From contig JBCCHT010000029.1 of NCBI GenBank assembly GCA_039028615.1, positions 1 to 64,000 of the forward strand: 64,000 bases of DNA, given 5' to 3'. Both the position numbers and the translations under genes were made by a program. Below, one piece after another: positions 40,251 to 49,001 of this stretch (positions are counted from its first letter, which is position 1; the number at the start of each line of letters is the position of its first letter). The notes beneath the pieces are model-generated. The model ran no database searches. It worked only from the letters and a program-made list of their open reading frames with translations, and was not told the origin of the DNA. This stretch comes from Myxococcota bacterium (GTDB lineage: Bacteria > Myxococcota_A > Polyangia > Nannocystales > Nannocystaceae).

Positions 40251-40823
40251 CTACGCCTCGCTCACGCGGCGCAGGGTATTGGCATCGACGTGGTGAAAGG
40301 GCTCGTCCTTGTTCGGCAGCTTCATCACCGTGTCGGACTCGTAGTGGAACGAGCCGTCGTCCTCGATCCGAACCCCGAAGCGGTACTCGATGGTCTGGAA
40401 CTGCTCGTCGAGGAAGGGGTTGGCGCAGATGCCGTAGACGAGCGAGCCACGGGTCGCCTTCAGCTCGAAGCTCCGCGCGTCGGGCTCGACGGTACCGCCC
40501 GCGATCACGGTGATGCCCCGGGGCACCACGAAGCAGCGGGTGACCTGGCGGTTCTTGGCGTCCCACATCCAGTAGCCGAGTTCTTCGTGGAAGGGCGCGT
40601 CGGCGCCCAGGCGCCAGGCGGTGGTCGAGTAGCGCAGGCCGTAGAGCACCTGCTCGTGGTTGTCGACGCGACCGGTGGGCACGAGGGTCAAGCGCTCGCG
40701 ATAGTCGCTATTGGCGATGCTGCGATCGGGAACGGCCGGGGCCGCATCGGCGCCCTTGTCTCCCTCCCACACTCCGACCAGCGGAGCCAGAGGACCCAGG
40801 TTGGCGATGTCGTCGATGCTCAT
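40251..40823 (-). CDS. Heme-binding beta-barrel (nitrobindin/DUF1794) protein
   Basis: LGPLAPLVGVWEG, YRE, FHEELGYW, FHHVDANTLRRV. Confidence 0.88.
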   Translation of the reverse strand: MSIDDIANLGPLAPLVGVWEGDKGADAAPAVPDRSIANSDYRERLTLVPTGRVDNHEQVLYGLRYSTTAWRLGADAPFHEELGYWMWDAKNRQVTRCFVVPRGITVIAGGTVEPDARSFELKATRGSLVYGICANPFLDEQFQTIEYRFGVRIEDDGSFHYESDTVMKLPNKDEPFHHVDANTLRRVSEA

Positions 40824-40843
40824 CGTCGGCAGTGTAGACGCCT

Positions 40844-41407
40844 TCAGCCTGGTTCGCGCTGCAGCCCCAGCAACATCCACGTATTGTCACCGTGGTTGTC
40901 GATGTGGAACTGGATCTCGGCGCCTTGGGGGACCTCGGCGGGCAGCTCGATGAACTCGGTGATGAGCCCCGCGCCCTGCGGGATGGGCACCCGATGCTCC
41001 CAGACCGGCTCCCCGTCGATGGCGAGCGCCAAAAAGCCCTCGGCGGGTGCCTCCGCCACCAGCGGGAAGTGCCACAGGTCGAAGCGAATGACCTCGTCGA
41101 GGCGGATGTCGGCCAGCGCAGGCTGGGCGACGGTGATCCCGTCGCACAGCGTGGTGTCGACCTTGAAGGTCGTCGTGCCGGCCAGGGGCTCGACGTAATA
41201 GCCCTCCCCTGCTTCGCACACGCCCCCGGGGACGCGGCGCTCGGGCCATGCGTCGTCCGCCGCGGGGACCGGCGTCCACTGGCTCAGATCGACGAGGCCC
41301 GCGACGTCTCGCGGGGGCAAGGGCGCCGGCTCGGGGTCATCGCAGGACACGAGCCCGATCGCGGCGACGATGAGCCACCCCGCCTGCTGCTCGTTTCGCC
41401 CCGGCAC
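40844..41407 (-). CDS. Hypothetical lipoprotein
   Basis: GLVSC lipobox; LWHFPL, FHIDNHGDNTW. Confidence 0.75.
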   Translation of the reverse strand: MPGRNEQQAGWLIVAAIGLVSCDDPEPAPLPPRDVAGLVDLSQWTPVPAADDAWPERRVPGGVCEAGEGYYVEPLAGTTTFKVDTTLCDGITVAQPALADIRLDEVIRFDLWHFPLVAEAPAEGFLALAIDGEPVWEHRVPIPQGAGLITEFIELPAEVPQGAEIQFHIDNHGDNTWMLLGLQREPG

Positions 41408-41476
41408 CGCCGCCAGTAGAGCACGACCCCGGGCCGATTCCAGCCCGGGGGCGTCGGCGCCCCGAGGCGCTCGGGG

Positions 41477-43306
41477 TCACAGCGACTCGAGGTAGGCGAT
41501 CAACTCGTCGATCTCGTCCTCGGGCGGCGTGGGCTGGTCTGCCCGGGTGCGCGATAGCATGTCCAGCACCGCGCCGCGCAGGTCCTCGGCGCGACCGTCG
41601 TGCATGTACGGCGGGTGCATCGCCACGCCCCGCAGCGGGGGGACCTGCAGCGAGAATTCGTGCCCGAGCCACACGTTGTCGGGGCCGCCGTCGAGCGCCT
41701 CGCCAAAGTGACAGTTATTGCATCCCCACGCGGCGAACGAGGCCGCGCCACGCAATGCCGCCGGGTCGACGAGCGAACGCTGGGGCCGAGGCGTCTGAAT
41801 GGAGAACATCCAGGCCTCGAGTGCGTCCACCCGCTCGAGCGACTGGTGGCGGCCGCCCATGCGCCCGGCGTGGATCTGGTCCATCAGCTCGACCGCGTCG
41901 CTGAGGCTGCCGTCCCAGTGGAAGGGCTCGGTGTCGCGGAGCCCCACGTCGAGCGAGGGCGTGTGGCGAACCCCCATTTCGTCGAAGACCCACAGGTGCC
42001 CGTCGTCGCCGCCCTCGGGGTGACAGCTCGCGCACGAGATGCCGCCGCCCGCGTCGCGATGGAACAGGTCGTGTCCGGTGTCCGCACGGCTATTGCCCGC
42101 GAGCGGAATGGCCAGCGTGGGAACCTCGGGGCGCCAGGGATCGATGCGCACCAACCCGGCCGGCTCCCGGCTCTGGGCCACGATTCGGCCCTGGGGGTCG
42201 AAGGTCACGGCCACATACTGGCCCGGCCCGACCGGCAGCGGCTCGGGCACGTCACACCTCGGGCGCTGAGCCGACGTGAACGACTGCGGGTCGACCCACA
42301 CCACGCCGCTGACCGGCGTGCGGTCGTCGTTGCGACCGGCCACCGCCACCGCGATCGAGTAGTCCCCCGGCGAGACGGCGACGTCCACCGCGAGGACCGT
42401 CTTGCCCAGCAGCGGCGAGGTGCGAAGGTCCAGCGCGCCCGAGCCCCGCGTGAGCACCGGGTTGACCACGGGCGCACAGGGATCGGGACCGCCTCCGTAG
42501 CCCCCGTCGCGACCGCCGTCGGGCACATTCGCGTGCAGGTCCACCGCTTGGTCGGTCGAGGCCTGATGGAGCATCAGCCAGTCTCCGTCGGGGGTCCCCA
42601 CCGTGCGCCACGCCGTGTTCGGGCGCAGGTGGCCGGGCGAGCCGTTGTGCGGTCGCAGGTCGGACGGCGCGTGCTCGTCGAGCAGGGTACCGTCGTGGTC
42701 GACGTGCAGCACGTGGGCCGAGCGGAAGCGAGTGACGGTGAGCCCCTCGTCGGTGACGACCACGTCCCGCAGGTCCGGCATCAACCGCACGCGCCGGGTC
42801 GATGCGTCGCCCTCCACGGACAGGCTCACCAGGTCTCCGCCCGCGCACGCCACATGCAGACGATCGGCGTCCTCGTCGTACGCGATGCCCCGCGGGTTGC
42901 TGCAGACCTCGCGCTCCCGCACGACGCGGCCCGCCAGCGGATCGATCTCGACGACCGTGCCCCCGCGGCGCGTGACCACGTGGGCTCGCCCCGCGGCATC
43001 GGCCACCACGCGGCCGGGCTCGTCTCCGGGGCTCAGCTCGATGATGTGAGTGCGACGGCCCTCGAGTAGATCCGCCACATACACCAGGTCTCGATCCGGG
43101 TCGGCGGCCACCGCCGTGTCGCCTCGGTTCATGACGGCCAAGGTGCCCCCGCTGATCGGCGGTGGCGGATCCAGCCGTCGCACTACGGGGCGATCGTCGA
43201 CCCCTCGGTTCGCGTCGTTCGGTGGCGGGTCGATCACCGAAAAGTCTCCCTGGCACCCGATAACGGTCGCCAGCAGGGAAATCCACCGCCAATGGTCAGT
43301 TTGCAT
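41477..43306 (-). CDS. Beta-propeller + di-heme cytochrome c (peroxidase-like) lipoprotein
   Basis: VIGC lipobox, YncE-like repeats, CASCH, PFHWDG, CNNCH, PPYMHDGR. Confidence 0.87.
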   Translation of the reverse strand: MQTDHWRWISLLATVIGCQGDFSVIDPPPNDANRGVDDRPVVRRLDPPPPISGGTLAVMNRGDTAVAADPDRDLVYVADLLEGRRTHIIELSPGDEPGRVVADAAGRAHVVTRRGGTVVEIDPLAGRVVREREVCSNPRGIAYDEDADRLHVACAGGDLVSLSVEGDASTRRVRLMPDLRDVVVTDEGLTVTRFRSAHVLHVDHDGTLLDEHAPSDLRPHNGSPGHLRPNTAWRTVGTPDGDWLMLHQASTDQAVDLHANVPDGGRDGGYGGGPDPCAPVVNPVLTRGSGALDLRTSPLLGKTVLAVDVAVSPGDYSIAVAVAGRNDDRTPVSGVVWVDPQSFTSAQRPRCDVPEPLPVGPGQYVAVTFDPQGRIVAQSREPAGLVRIDPWRPEVPTLAIPLAGNSRADTGHDLFHRDAGGGISCASCHPEGGDDGHLWVFDEMGVRHTPSLDVGLRDTEPFHWDGSLSDAVELMDQIHAGRMGGRHQSLERVDALEAWMFSIQTPRPQRSLVDPAALRGAASFAAWGCNNCHFGEALDGGPDNVWLGHEFSLQVPPLRGVAMHPPYMHDGRAEDLRGAVLDMLSRTRADQPTPPEDEIDELIAYLESL

Positions 43307-43468
43307 AGGCCCTACTCCATGTCCCACCGGGCGCGGTCTCGCCCCGGATTCAGCGGTCTCACCCCCCAACTGTGGCAAGGTTTCCCGCACCGATTCGTTC
43401 GCCCCATCGTCGTCCCGTGCGGTGACCTGACGGGCCGGCGGCAGGCGGCGTATCCTGGGGTCCACCTG

Positions 43469-44671
43469 GTGTCCCGGTCTCGCTACGTTCCGTCGCCCCT
43501 CGTCGCTGCGCTGGCCCTGTGCCTGGCGCCCTTCGGTTGTCGCTTCAAGAGCGTGAGCCCGGTGTCCGCGTCGATCGAGGCCACCGCCGTGCACTCGGAT
43601 GCGATCGATCTCTCGGAGTCACTGTGTCTGCTGGGCACCGCGTTGGCCTCGGACGCCCCCGCGTGCGACGACCAGAGCGCGCGGGTCGAAGCGCTGCAGC
43701 TGGCGGTGGGGCAGCTGTCGAGCTACGGCGGGCGGCTGTCCAAGCTCTCGGGGATCCGCCCCGTCAACCTCGGGCCCGCGCCGGGGGCCGTGATCGGGCT
43801 GGGCGAAGCCGTGTCGGGCAGCAAGCTCGACGGCATCGAGCGCCGAGGCATCCAGGCCGCTTCCAAGATCCTCGCCAACGTCATCACCACCGCGGTCAAG
43901 CGCAAGGCGTTGCGGACCGCGGTCCACGATACCGATCGCTCGGTTCAGTGCCTGGCGTGGCGGGGCTACGAAGCCACCGAGGTCTGGCGTCGCGAGGTGG
44001 CCCGCATCGCCGAGTCGGGGACCAAGGCCGAAGCCCTCGACATCGCGCTCGGGGCTCCCCCGCGCCCCGCCGAGCCTCCGCCCCCGCCTCCCGCGGCCGT
44101 CGAGCCTTCGCCGACGCCTCCGTCCAAACATCCGCTCGCCGAGCGTGTGGCCGAGGTCGAACAAAAACAGGCCGAGCTCGAAGGCGCCCTCCACGAGGCT
44201 GAACAAACGCGGGCCCGAGCCGCGCGCAAGCAAGCCAAGACCGATCGCCGCGCGCTCGAGAGCCAGCGCCTGGCCCTACGCTCGGCCCAGGTCATCGCCG
44301 CCGAGCACGATCGGCGCCTTGCCGCGCTGCAGCGTGGCCTGTGGTCGGTCGCCGTCTCGCACAACCACCTCGCCTGCAACCGCGATCGACTCGGCACCAC
44401 CAAGGATCGCGCGCTCCAGGCAGAGCTCGGTCAGCTCGTGGCCTGCGTGCTCGAGCGAGACTCGATGGACAGCGATCGCTCGTCCGGCTGCCGCTCCGTG
44501 CTCGCGCGCGCCGAGTGGCTGCGCGCCCACGCCTGCGAGCAGCTGCACCAGCTCGACGACGCGCAGCAGCCCGTGCTCGACGACGACGGCAATCCCGTGC
44601 CGGCCGCCCCCCGATGCTCCCCTCCCCCGCCTCCTCCATCCACCCCTGAGCAGCCCCCGACAACACCATGA
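43469..44671 (+). CDS. Hypothetical helical lipoprotein
   Basis: PFGC lipobox, coiled-coil and Pro-rich segments; GTG start inferred. Confidence 0.7.
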   Translation: MSRSRYVPSPLVAALALCLAPFGCRFKSVSPVSASIEATAVHSDAIDLSESLCLLGTALASDAPACDDQSARVEALQLAVGQLSSYGGRLSKLSGIRPVNLGPAPGAVIGLGEAVSGSKLDGIERRGIQAASKILANVITTAVKRKALRTAVHDTDRSVQCLAWRGYEATEVWRREVARIAESGTKAEALDIALGAPPRPAEPPPPPPAAVEPSPTPPSKHPLAERVAEVEQKQAELEGALHEAEQTRARAARKQAKTDRRALESQRLALRSAQVIAAEHDRRLAALQRGLWSVAVSHNHLACNRDRLGTTKDRALQAELGQLVACVLERDSMDSDRSSGCRSVLARAEWLRAHACEQLHQLDDAQQPVLDDDGNPVPAAPRCSPPPPPPSTPEQPPTTP

Positions 44672-45108
44672 GCAGCCTGCAACTCGCCCAGAAGCTCGCC
44701 GAGAGCGTCGAGATCCTCGACGCCGTGGCCAACCGTACCCGCCGTCGGGCCGTCGAGTCCCTCCGCGACGGCACCATGGACTTCGCCGACTACGAGCAGG
44801 TCGACGACTTGTGCGACCAAGTCAACGCCGCCGCTCGTCGCCTCGACGCCAAGGTCCTCGGTCTCGCCCTCGACGGCCTCGAGCAGCCGATGGAGCAGCT
44901 CGAGCGCGCCACCGCTCAGCTCGACAAAGCCCGCAGCCGCATCGACAAGGTCCAAAATGTCGTGCAGATCGCGGGCCGCCTCGTCGTAGCCGGTCTCGCC
45001 GTCGCCGCGATGGCCCTCGACCCCTCGCGCCTGTCGGCGATCGCCGCCGCCAAGGCCGTCGCCGACGTCGCCTTGACCATCGAAAGGGTCGCCAACGCCG
45101 GCGATTGA
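44668..45108 (+). CDS. Hypothetical helical protein with C-terminal hydrophobic segment
   Basis: ATGA overlap with the upstream gene; host-like codon usage. Confidence 0.75.
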   Translation: MSSLQLAQKLAESVEILDAVANRTRRRAVESLRDGTMDFADYEQVDDLCDQVNAAARRLDAKVLGLALDGLEQPMEQLERATAQLDKARSRIDKVQNVVQIAGRLVVAGLAVAAMALDPSRLSAIAAAKAVADVALTIERVANAGD

Positions 45109-45145
45109 CAAGGGGCCCCGCCCTCTCGCACTATCCCGGCCGCCC

Positions 45146-45219
45146 GCTCGCGTAGCTCAGTTGGATAGAGCGACGGATTCCTAATCCGTAGGCCGCAGGT
45201 TCGATTCCTGCCGCGGGCA
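45146..45219 (+). tRNA. tRNA-Arg(CCT)
   Basis: Acceptor GCTCGCG/CGCGGGC, anticodon arm ACGGA-TTCCTAA-TCCGT, GGTTCGATTCC T arm; CCA not encoded. Confidence 0.96.
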
Positions 45220-45226
45220 CCCCTTG

Positions 45227-45255
45227 GGCCCCGACTGTCGCAGTCGGGGCCTTTT
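45227..45255 (+). terminator. Intrinsic terminator after tRNA-Arg
   Basis: ggccccgactg-tcg-cagtcggggcc-tttt. Confidence 0.8.
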
Positions 45256-45272
45256 GCCGTCCTGCGGCCCGC

Positions 45273-46193
45273 CTACGACTTCTTCAGCAGCTTGCGGAAC
45301 CACTTTTTCTTCTCTTTGTCGTTCACGGTCAGCGCGGCCTTGCCGTTGGAGGTCACGGCGAACGAGGGGCACTTCTTGCGCGGTTTGATGGTCGTCTCGG
45401 AGACCAGGTTCCCCGTGCGTCGGTCGTAGACCCGCATGTGGCTGTCGTAGAGGGTGAACTCGATGGCGCCGTTGGTGTAGCCGGAGCACCTCTTGGTCTG
45501 GTCGGTCTCGACTTGCTCCTCCATGGCGACCAGGTCGATGTCCTGCACGACCTTCTTGTCGTTGCCGTAAATCTCCTCGATCATCGAGACACGGCCGAGG
45601 TCGAGCAAGGTGTCGCGCTGGCCGGCGCCGTCGGGCTCGCCCTTGAACTCCACCGCCCCTTTGTCGACGTCTTTGAAGGAGCCGCTGACGGCGTAGCGCA
45701 CCGAGATGGGGGGCACGGTGAGCACGGCGGGCTCGTAGCCCTTCACGGCGACCTCGAAGGTCAGGCCGGTATCGATCTGGGTCCGCGCCATCACGTCTTT
45801 GAGGGTGACGCTGCCCAGCGCGAAGTCGGTGTCGTACTCGAGCTGGGCAAAGGGCGACTCGTCGTTGCTGGTGGTCTTGCCGCCGCCACGGATCTCGACG
45901 CCGTCCACCAGATCGCTGGCGTAGATCTTGACGCGCGCGGTGCCGAAGCTCCCGTTCAGGTTCACCTCGAAGTGACCCAGGACCTTGCCGTTGGCGCCCT
46001 TCAGCTTGGCTTTGTGGCCGAGCCCCTTCTCCTCCCAGGTGCTGGTGGGGGCCGGCTTGGGCGCAGCCGGCTCGTAGCTGCTGCTCTTGCGAGGCGGTGC
46101 ATCGCTGTTTTCGGGCGGCGGATCGCAGGCGGCGAGCGCGAGCGCGGATCCGAGGGACAGGAGGGCGAATAGACGGAGCGGCGGGCGACGCAT
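45273..46193 (-). CDS. Hypothetical lipoprotein, Lys-rich
   Basis: LALAAC lipobox; intact ORF. Confidence 0.78.
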   Translation of the reverse strand: MRRPPLRLFALLSLGSALALAACDPPPENSDAPPRKSSSYEPAAPKPAPTSTWEEKGLGHKAKLKGANGKVLGHFEVNLNGSFGTARVKIYASDLVDGVEIRGGGKTTSNDESPFAQLEYDTDFALGSVTLKDVMARTQIDTGLTFEVAVKGYEPAVLTVPPISVRYAVSGSFKDVDKGAVEFKGEPDGAGQRDTLLDLGRVSMIEEIYGNDKKVVQDIDLVAMEEQVETDQTKRCSGYTNGAIEFTLYDSHMRVYDRRTGNLVSETTIKPRKKCPSFAVTSNGKAALTVNDKEKKKWFRKLLKKS

Positions 46194-46292
46194 CTGAATT
46201 CCACGGGGCTAGAGTCGGGACCCCCCGGATCGGATCACGACGATCGAACGGCGAGGAGTCACGCGGTCGCGAGCGGGCTATCCTCGGGGGAC

Positions 46293-46730
46293 ATGCCGAG
46301 CTTCGCCGACGCCTGCGCCCACGAAATCGAGTCCCTGCACGACTTCTTCGAGCATTGGTTCCGCGGGGCGTTCGCCGACCGGGCCCGCGCGTTCGAGCGC
46401 TTTGCCGACGTGCTCGCCCCGGGCTTCGTCATCGTCTCTCCGCGCGGGGTCGCGACGCCGCGTGCGGCCTTGCTCGAAGGCCTGTCGTCGGCCTTCGCGG
46501 CGTGGGCCAACGACGATCCCAAGGGCACGGTGGCAGTCGAGTCGATCACCCCTCGCCACATCCATGGCGACGTCGCTTTGCTGACGTACATCGAACGACA
46601 GCGACGACCTTCGGGCACCACCGCTCGCCTCAGCACCGTGTTGATGCAGCGCCACGAGGGCACGCCGAACGGCGTGTGCTGGCTGCACGTGCACGAGACG
46701 TGGATGCCCGGCGAGGCCCCACCGGCATGA
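46293..46730 (+). CDS. NTF2-like (DUF4440-type) protein
   Basis: LHDFFEHWFRG, FVIVSPRG, WLHVHETW. Confidence 0.82.
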   Translation: MPSFADACAHEIESLHDFFEHWFRGAFADRARAFERFADVLAPGFVIVSPRGVATPRAALLEGLSSAFAAWANDDPKGTVAVESITPRHIHGDVALLTYIERQRRPSGTTARLSTVLMQRHEGTPNGVCWLHVHETWMPGEAPPA

Positions 46731-46819
46731 TGAATCAGCGCGATAACGCGCCATTAAGATAATTAGTTTTACTATTTTTGAAACCTATCATAGAACTAAT
46801 CTTGGCCTGAGGATTAGAA

Positions 46820-48937
46820 ATGCGACGTATATGGACGGCAGCGTGCGCTCTTGCTCTAAGTGTTTCCTGTAGCGACGACGGTGGACTCAACCTTGCCCCC
46901 GCGGGCGATACGACCAGCGGCACCACGCCCCCCGCGCCTCTGTGCCAAGGCGGAGGACCGCTGGAGTTTGGCGATGCACCGTGGGTCAAGGCCCCGCTCG
47001 AGCCCCCCGGGGACATGGGCGACGGCTCGGACGACGGCGACGACGACGACGGAGGGGACGAAACCGGATCGCCCGGCGGTGGCTTCATCGACAACCCCGA
47101 CGGCGGCGGCACGAGCTTCGAATGCGACCTGTTCGCGCAGGACTGCCCCGAGGGCGAAAAGTGCATGCCGTGGTCGAACGACGGCGGCAAGGAGTGGAAC
47201 GCGACCCGCTGCTCGCCCGTGTCCGACATGCCGGGCAGCGCGGGCGATACCTGCATGGCCGAGGGCAACGGCTTCAGCGGCATCGACGACTGCGACCTGG
47301 GCAAGATGTGCTGGGACGTCGATCGAGCCAACGCGGGCAGCTGCGTCACGATGTGCACGGGGGACGAGGCCAACCCCGAGTGCCCGGGCAACCAGTGGTG
47401 CTACATCGGCTTCGACGGATCGGTGAGCGTATGCATGCCGCCGCAGCTGTGTGCCGAGGACGGCGCCTGCCAGTGCATGTGCCCGGAGGGCCAAGACCCC
47501 GACTGCAGCCCCGACCAGTGCATGGCGTCCACGCCGGACGAGAGGCCCGACGAGCTGGTCTCCGAGCCGCCCGTGCACGCCGACGGCGAGGCCCCGATGT
47601 GCCCCGAGACCACCGATCCGGTGGTGCTTTACATGAGCAACGACGATAGCGGATCGCAGGCGTCGCCGATCATCGCGCGACGGACCATCTCCGAGGGGTA
47701 CGTCATCGCGGCCAACCGCATTCGGATCCACGAGTTTCTCAACTACTTCGACCTCAACGCCGAGCCCCAGACCGAATCGCCGGCCGACCTGGGCATCGAG
47801 ATGCGCCGCACCGACGCGGATCTGGGCGAGTTCACGCTGGTCCTACGGGCCCAGGGCAAGGCGCTGGAGCCCGACGATCGCCCGCCGATGAACGTGGTGT
47901 TCTCGCTCGACACCTCGGGCTCCATGCAGGGCGAACCGATGGAGCTGCTCCAGGACAGCATGACGGCCACGGTCAGCCAGCTGCGCTCGGGCGACATCGT
48001 GTCGGTGGTGACCTGGAACGACCAGCAGTCGGTGGAGCTCGAGGGCTACGAGGTCACCGGACCCGACGATCCCGAGCTGGTCTCGGTGATCACGGGGCTG
48101 ATGGCGGGCGGATCGACCAACCTGCACGCGGGCCTGGTCACCGCCTATTCGCTGGCGAACACCTACCACATCGACGATGGGATCAACCGCGTGGTGCTCA
48201 TCAGCGACGGCGGGGCCAATGCTGGCGTCACCGACCTCGACCTCATCTCGAGCGAGGCGGCCGACGGTGACGGCGAGGGCACGTACATGGTCGGCGTGGG
48301 CGTCGGCACCTCGCAGGGCTACCGCGACGACCTGATGGACCGCATCACCGACGCGGGCAAGGGCTCGTACGTCTACATCGACCGCCCCGACGAGGCGTTC
48401 AAGCAGCTGGGCGACCGCTTCTTGGCCAACATGGCCGTCTCGGCCCGAAACGTGCGCATGCGGCTGACCCTGCCCTGGTACTTCGGCCTCAAGCGCTTCC
48501 ACGGCGAGGAGATCAGCACCAACCCCGAGGAGGTCGAGCCCCAGCACCTGGCGCCGAACGACACGATGACCTTCCACCAGATCATCTCGGCCTGCGATCC
48601 GTCGCTCATCACCACCTGCGACGTGGTCACCGCCCACGTCGACTACGTGGACCCGCTGACCGGCGAGGAGCAGACCAACGAGGTCAGCGCATCGATCGAA
48701 AACCTCGTGCAGCAGGACGTGCCGCGCCTGTACAAGGCCGACGTGGTGGTCGGCTACGCCAAGGCGCTGGTGGTGATCAGCACGCTGGTGAACCTGGGCC
48801 AGAACGAGGCCGCGGTGCAGGTCGCCGCCGACATGCAGCAGTGGGCCGACCAGGCCGCCAACGAGCTCGAGGACGTCGAGCTGCAGGAAATCGCCGACAT
48901 CATGGGCGAGTACACCGGGCTGCTCAGCTCGCTGTAG
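46820..48937 (+). CDS. Lipoprotein with Cys-rich repeat and vWA (YfbK-like) domain
   Basis: LSVSC lipobox; CDLFAQDC; HEFLNYF; SLDTSGSM MIDAS, GGSTNL, NRVVLISDGGAN. Confidence 0.9.
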   Translation: MRRIWTAACALALSVSCSDDGGLNLAPAGDTTSGTTPPAPLCQGGGPLEFGDAPWVKAPLEPPGDMGDGSDDGDDDDGGDETGSPGGGFIDNPDGGGTSFECDLFAQDCPEGEKCMPWSNDGGKEWNATRCSPVSDMPGSAGDTCMAEGNGFSGIDDCDLGKMCWDVDRANAGSCVTMCTGDEANPECPGNQWCYIGFDGSVSVCMPPQLCAEDGACQCMCPEGQDPDCSPDQCMASTPDERPDELVSEPPVHADGEAPMCPETTDPVVLYMSNDDSGSQASPIIARRTISEGYVIAANRIRIHEFLNYFDLNAEPQTESPADLGIEMRRTDADLGEFTLVLRAQGKALEPDDRPPMNVVFSLDTSGSMQGEPMELLQDSMTATVSQLRSGDIVSVVTWNDQQSVELEGYEVTGPDDPELVSVITGLMAGGSTNLHAGLVTAYSLANTYHIDDGINRVVLISDGGANAGVTDLDLISSEAADGDGEGTYMVGVGVGTSQGYRDDLMDRITDAGKGSYVYIDRPDEAFKQLGDRFLANMAVSARNVRMRLTLPWYFGLKRFHGEEISTNPEEVEPQHLAPNDTMTFHQIISACDPSLITTCDVVTAHVDYVDPLTGEEQTNEVSASIENLVQQDVPRLYKADVVVGYAKALVVISTLVNLGQNEAAVQVAADMQQWADQAANELEDVELQEIADIMGEYTGLLSSL

Positions 48938-48953
48938 CGCCGCTTCGACGGGC

Positions 48954-48996
48954 AAAAAGGCGGGCGGCGACCTCCTCGGAGGCGCCGCCCGCTTTG
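48954..48996. terminator. Bidirectional terminator
   Basis: aaaaa-gcgggcggcg...cgccgcccgc-ttt between convergent genes. Confidence 0.75.
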
Positions 48997-49001
48997 TTGG
49001 T

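Noticed and set aside
45146..45219. tRNA-Arg or tRNA-Pro as integration site of an island
   Set aside because: No integrase and no duplicated tRNA 3' end noticed by eye in the window
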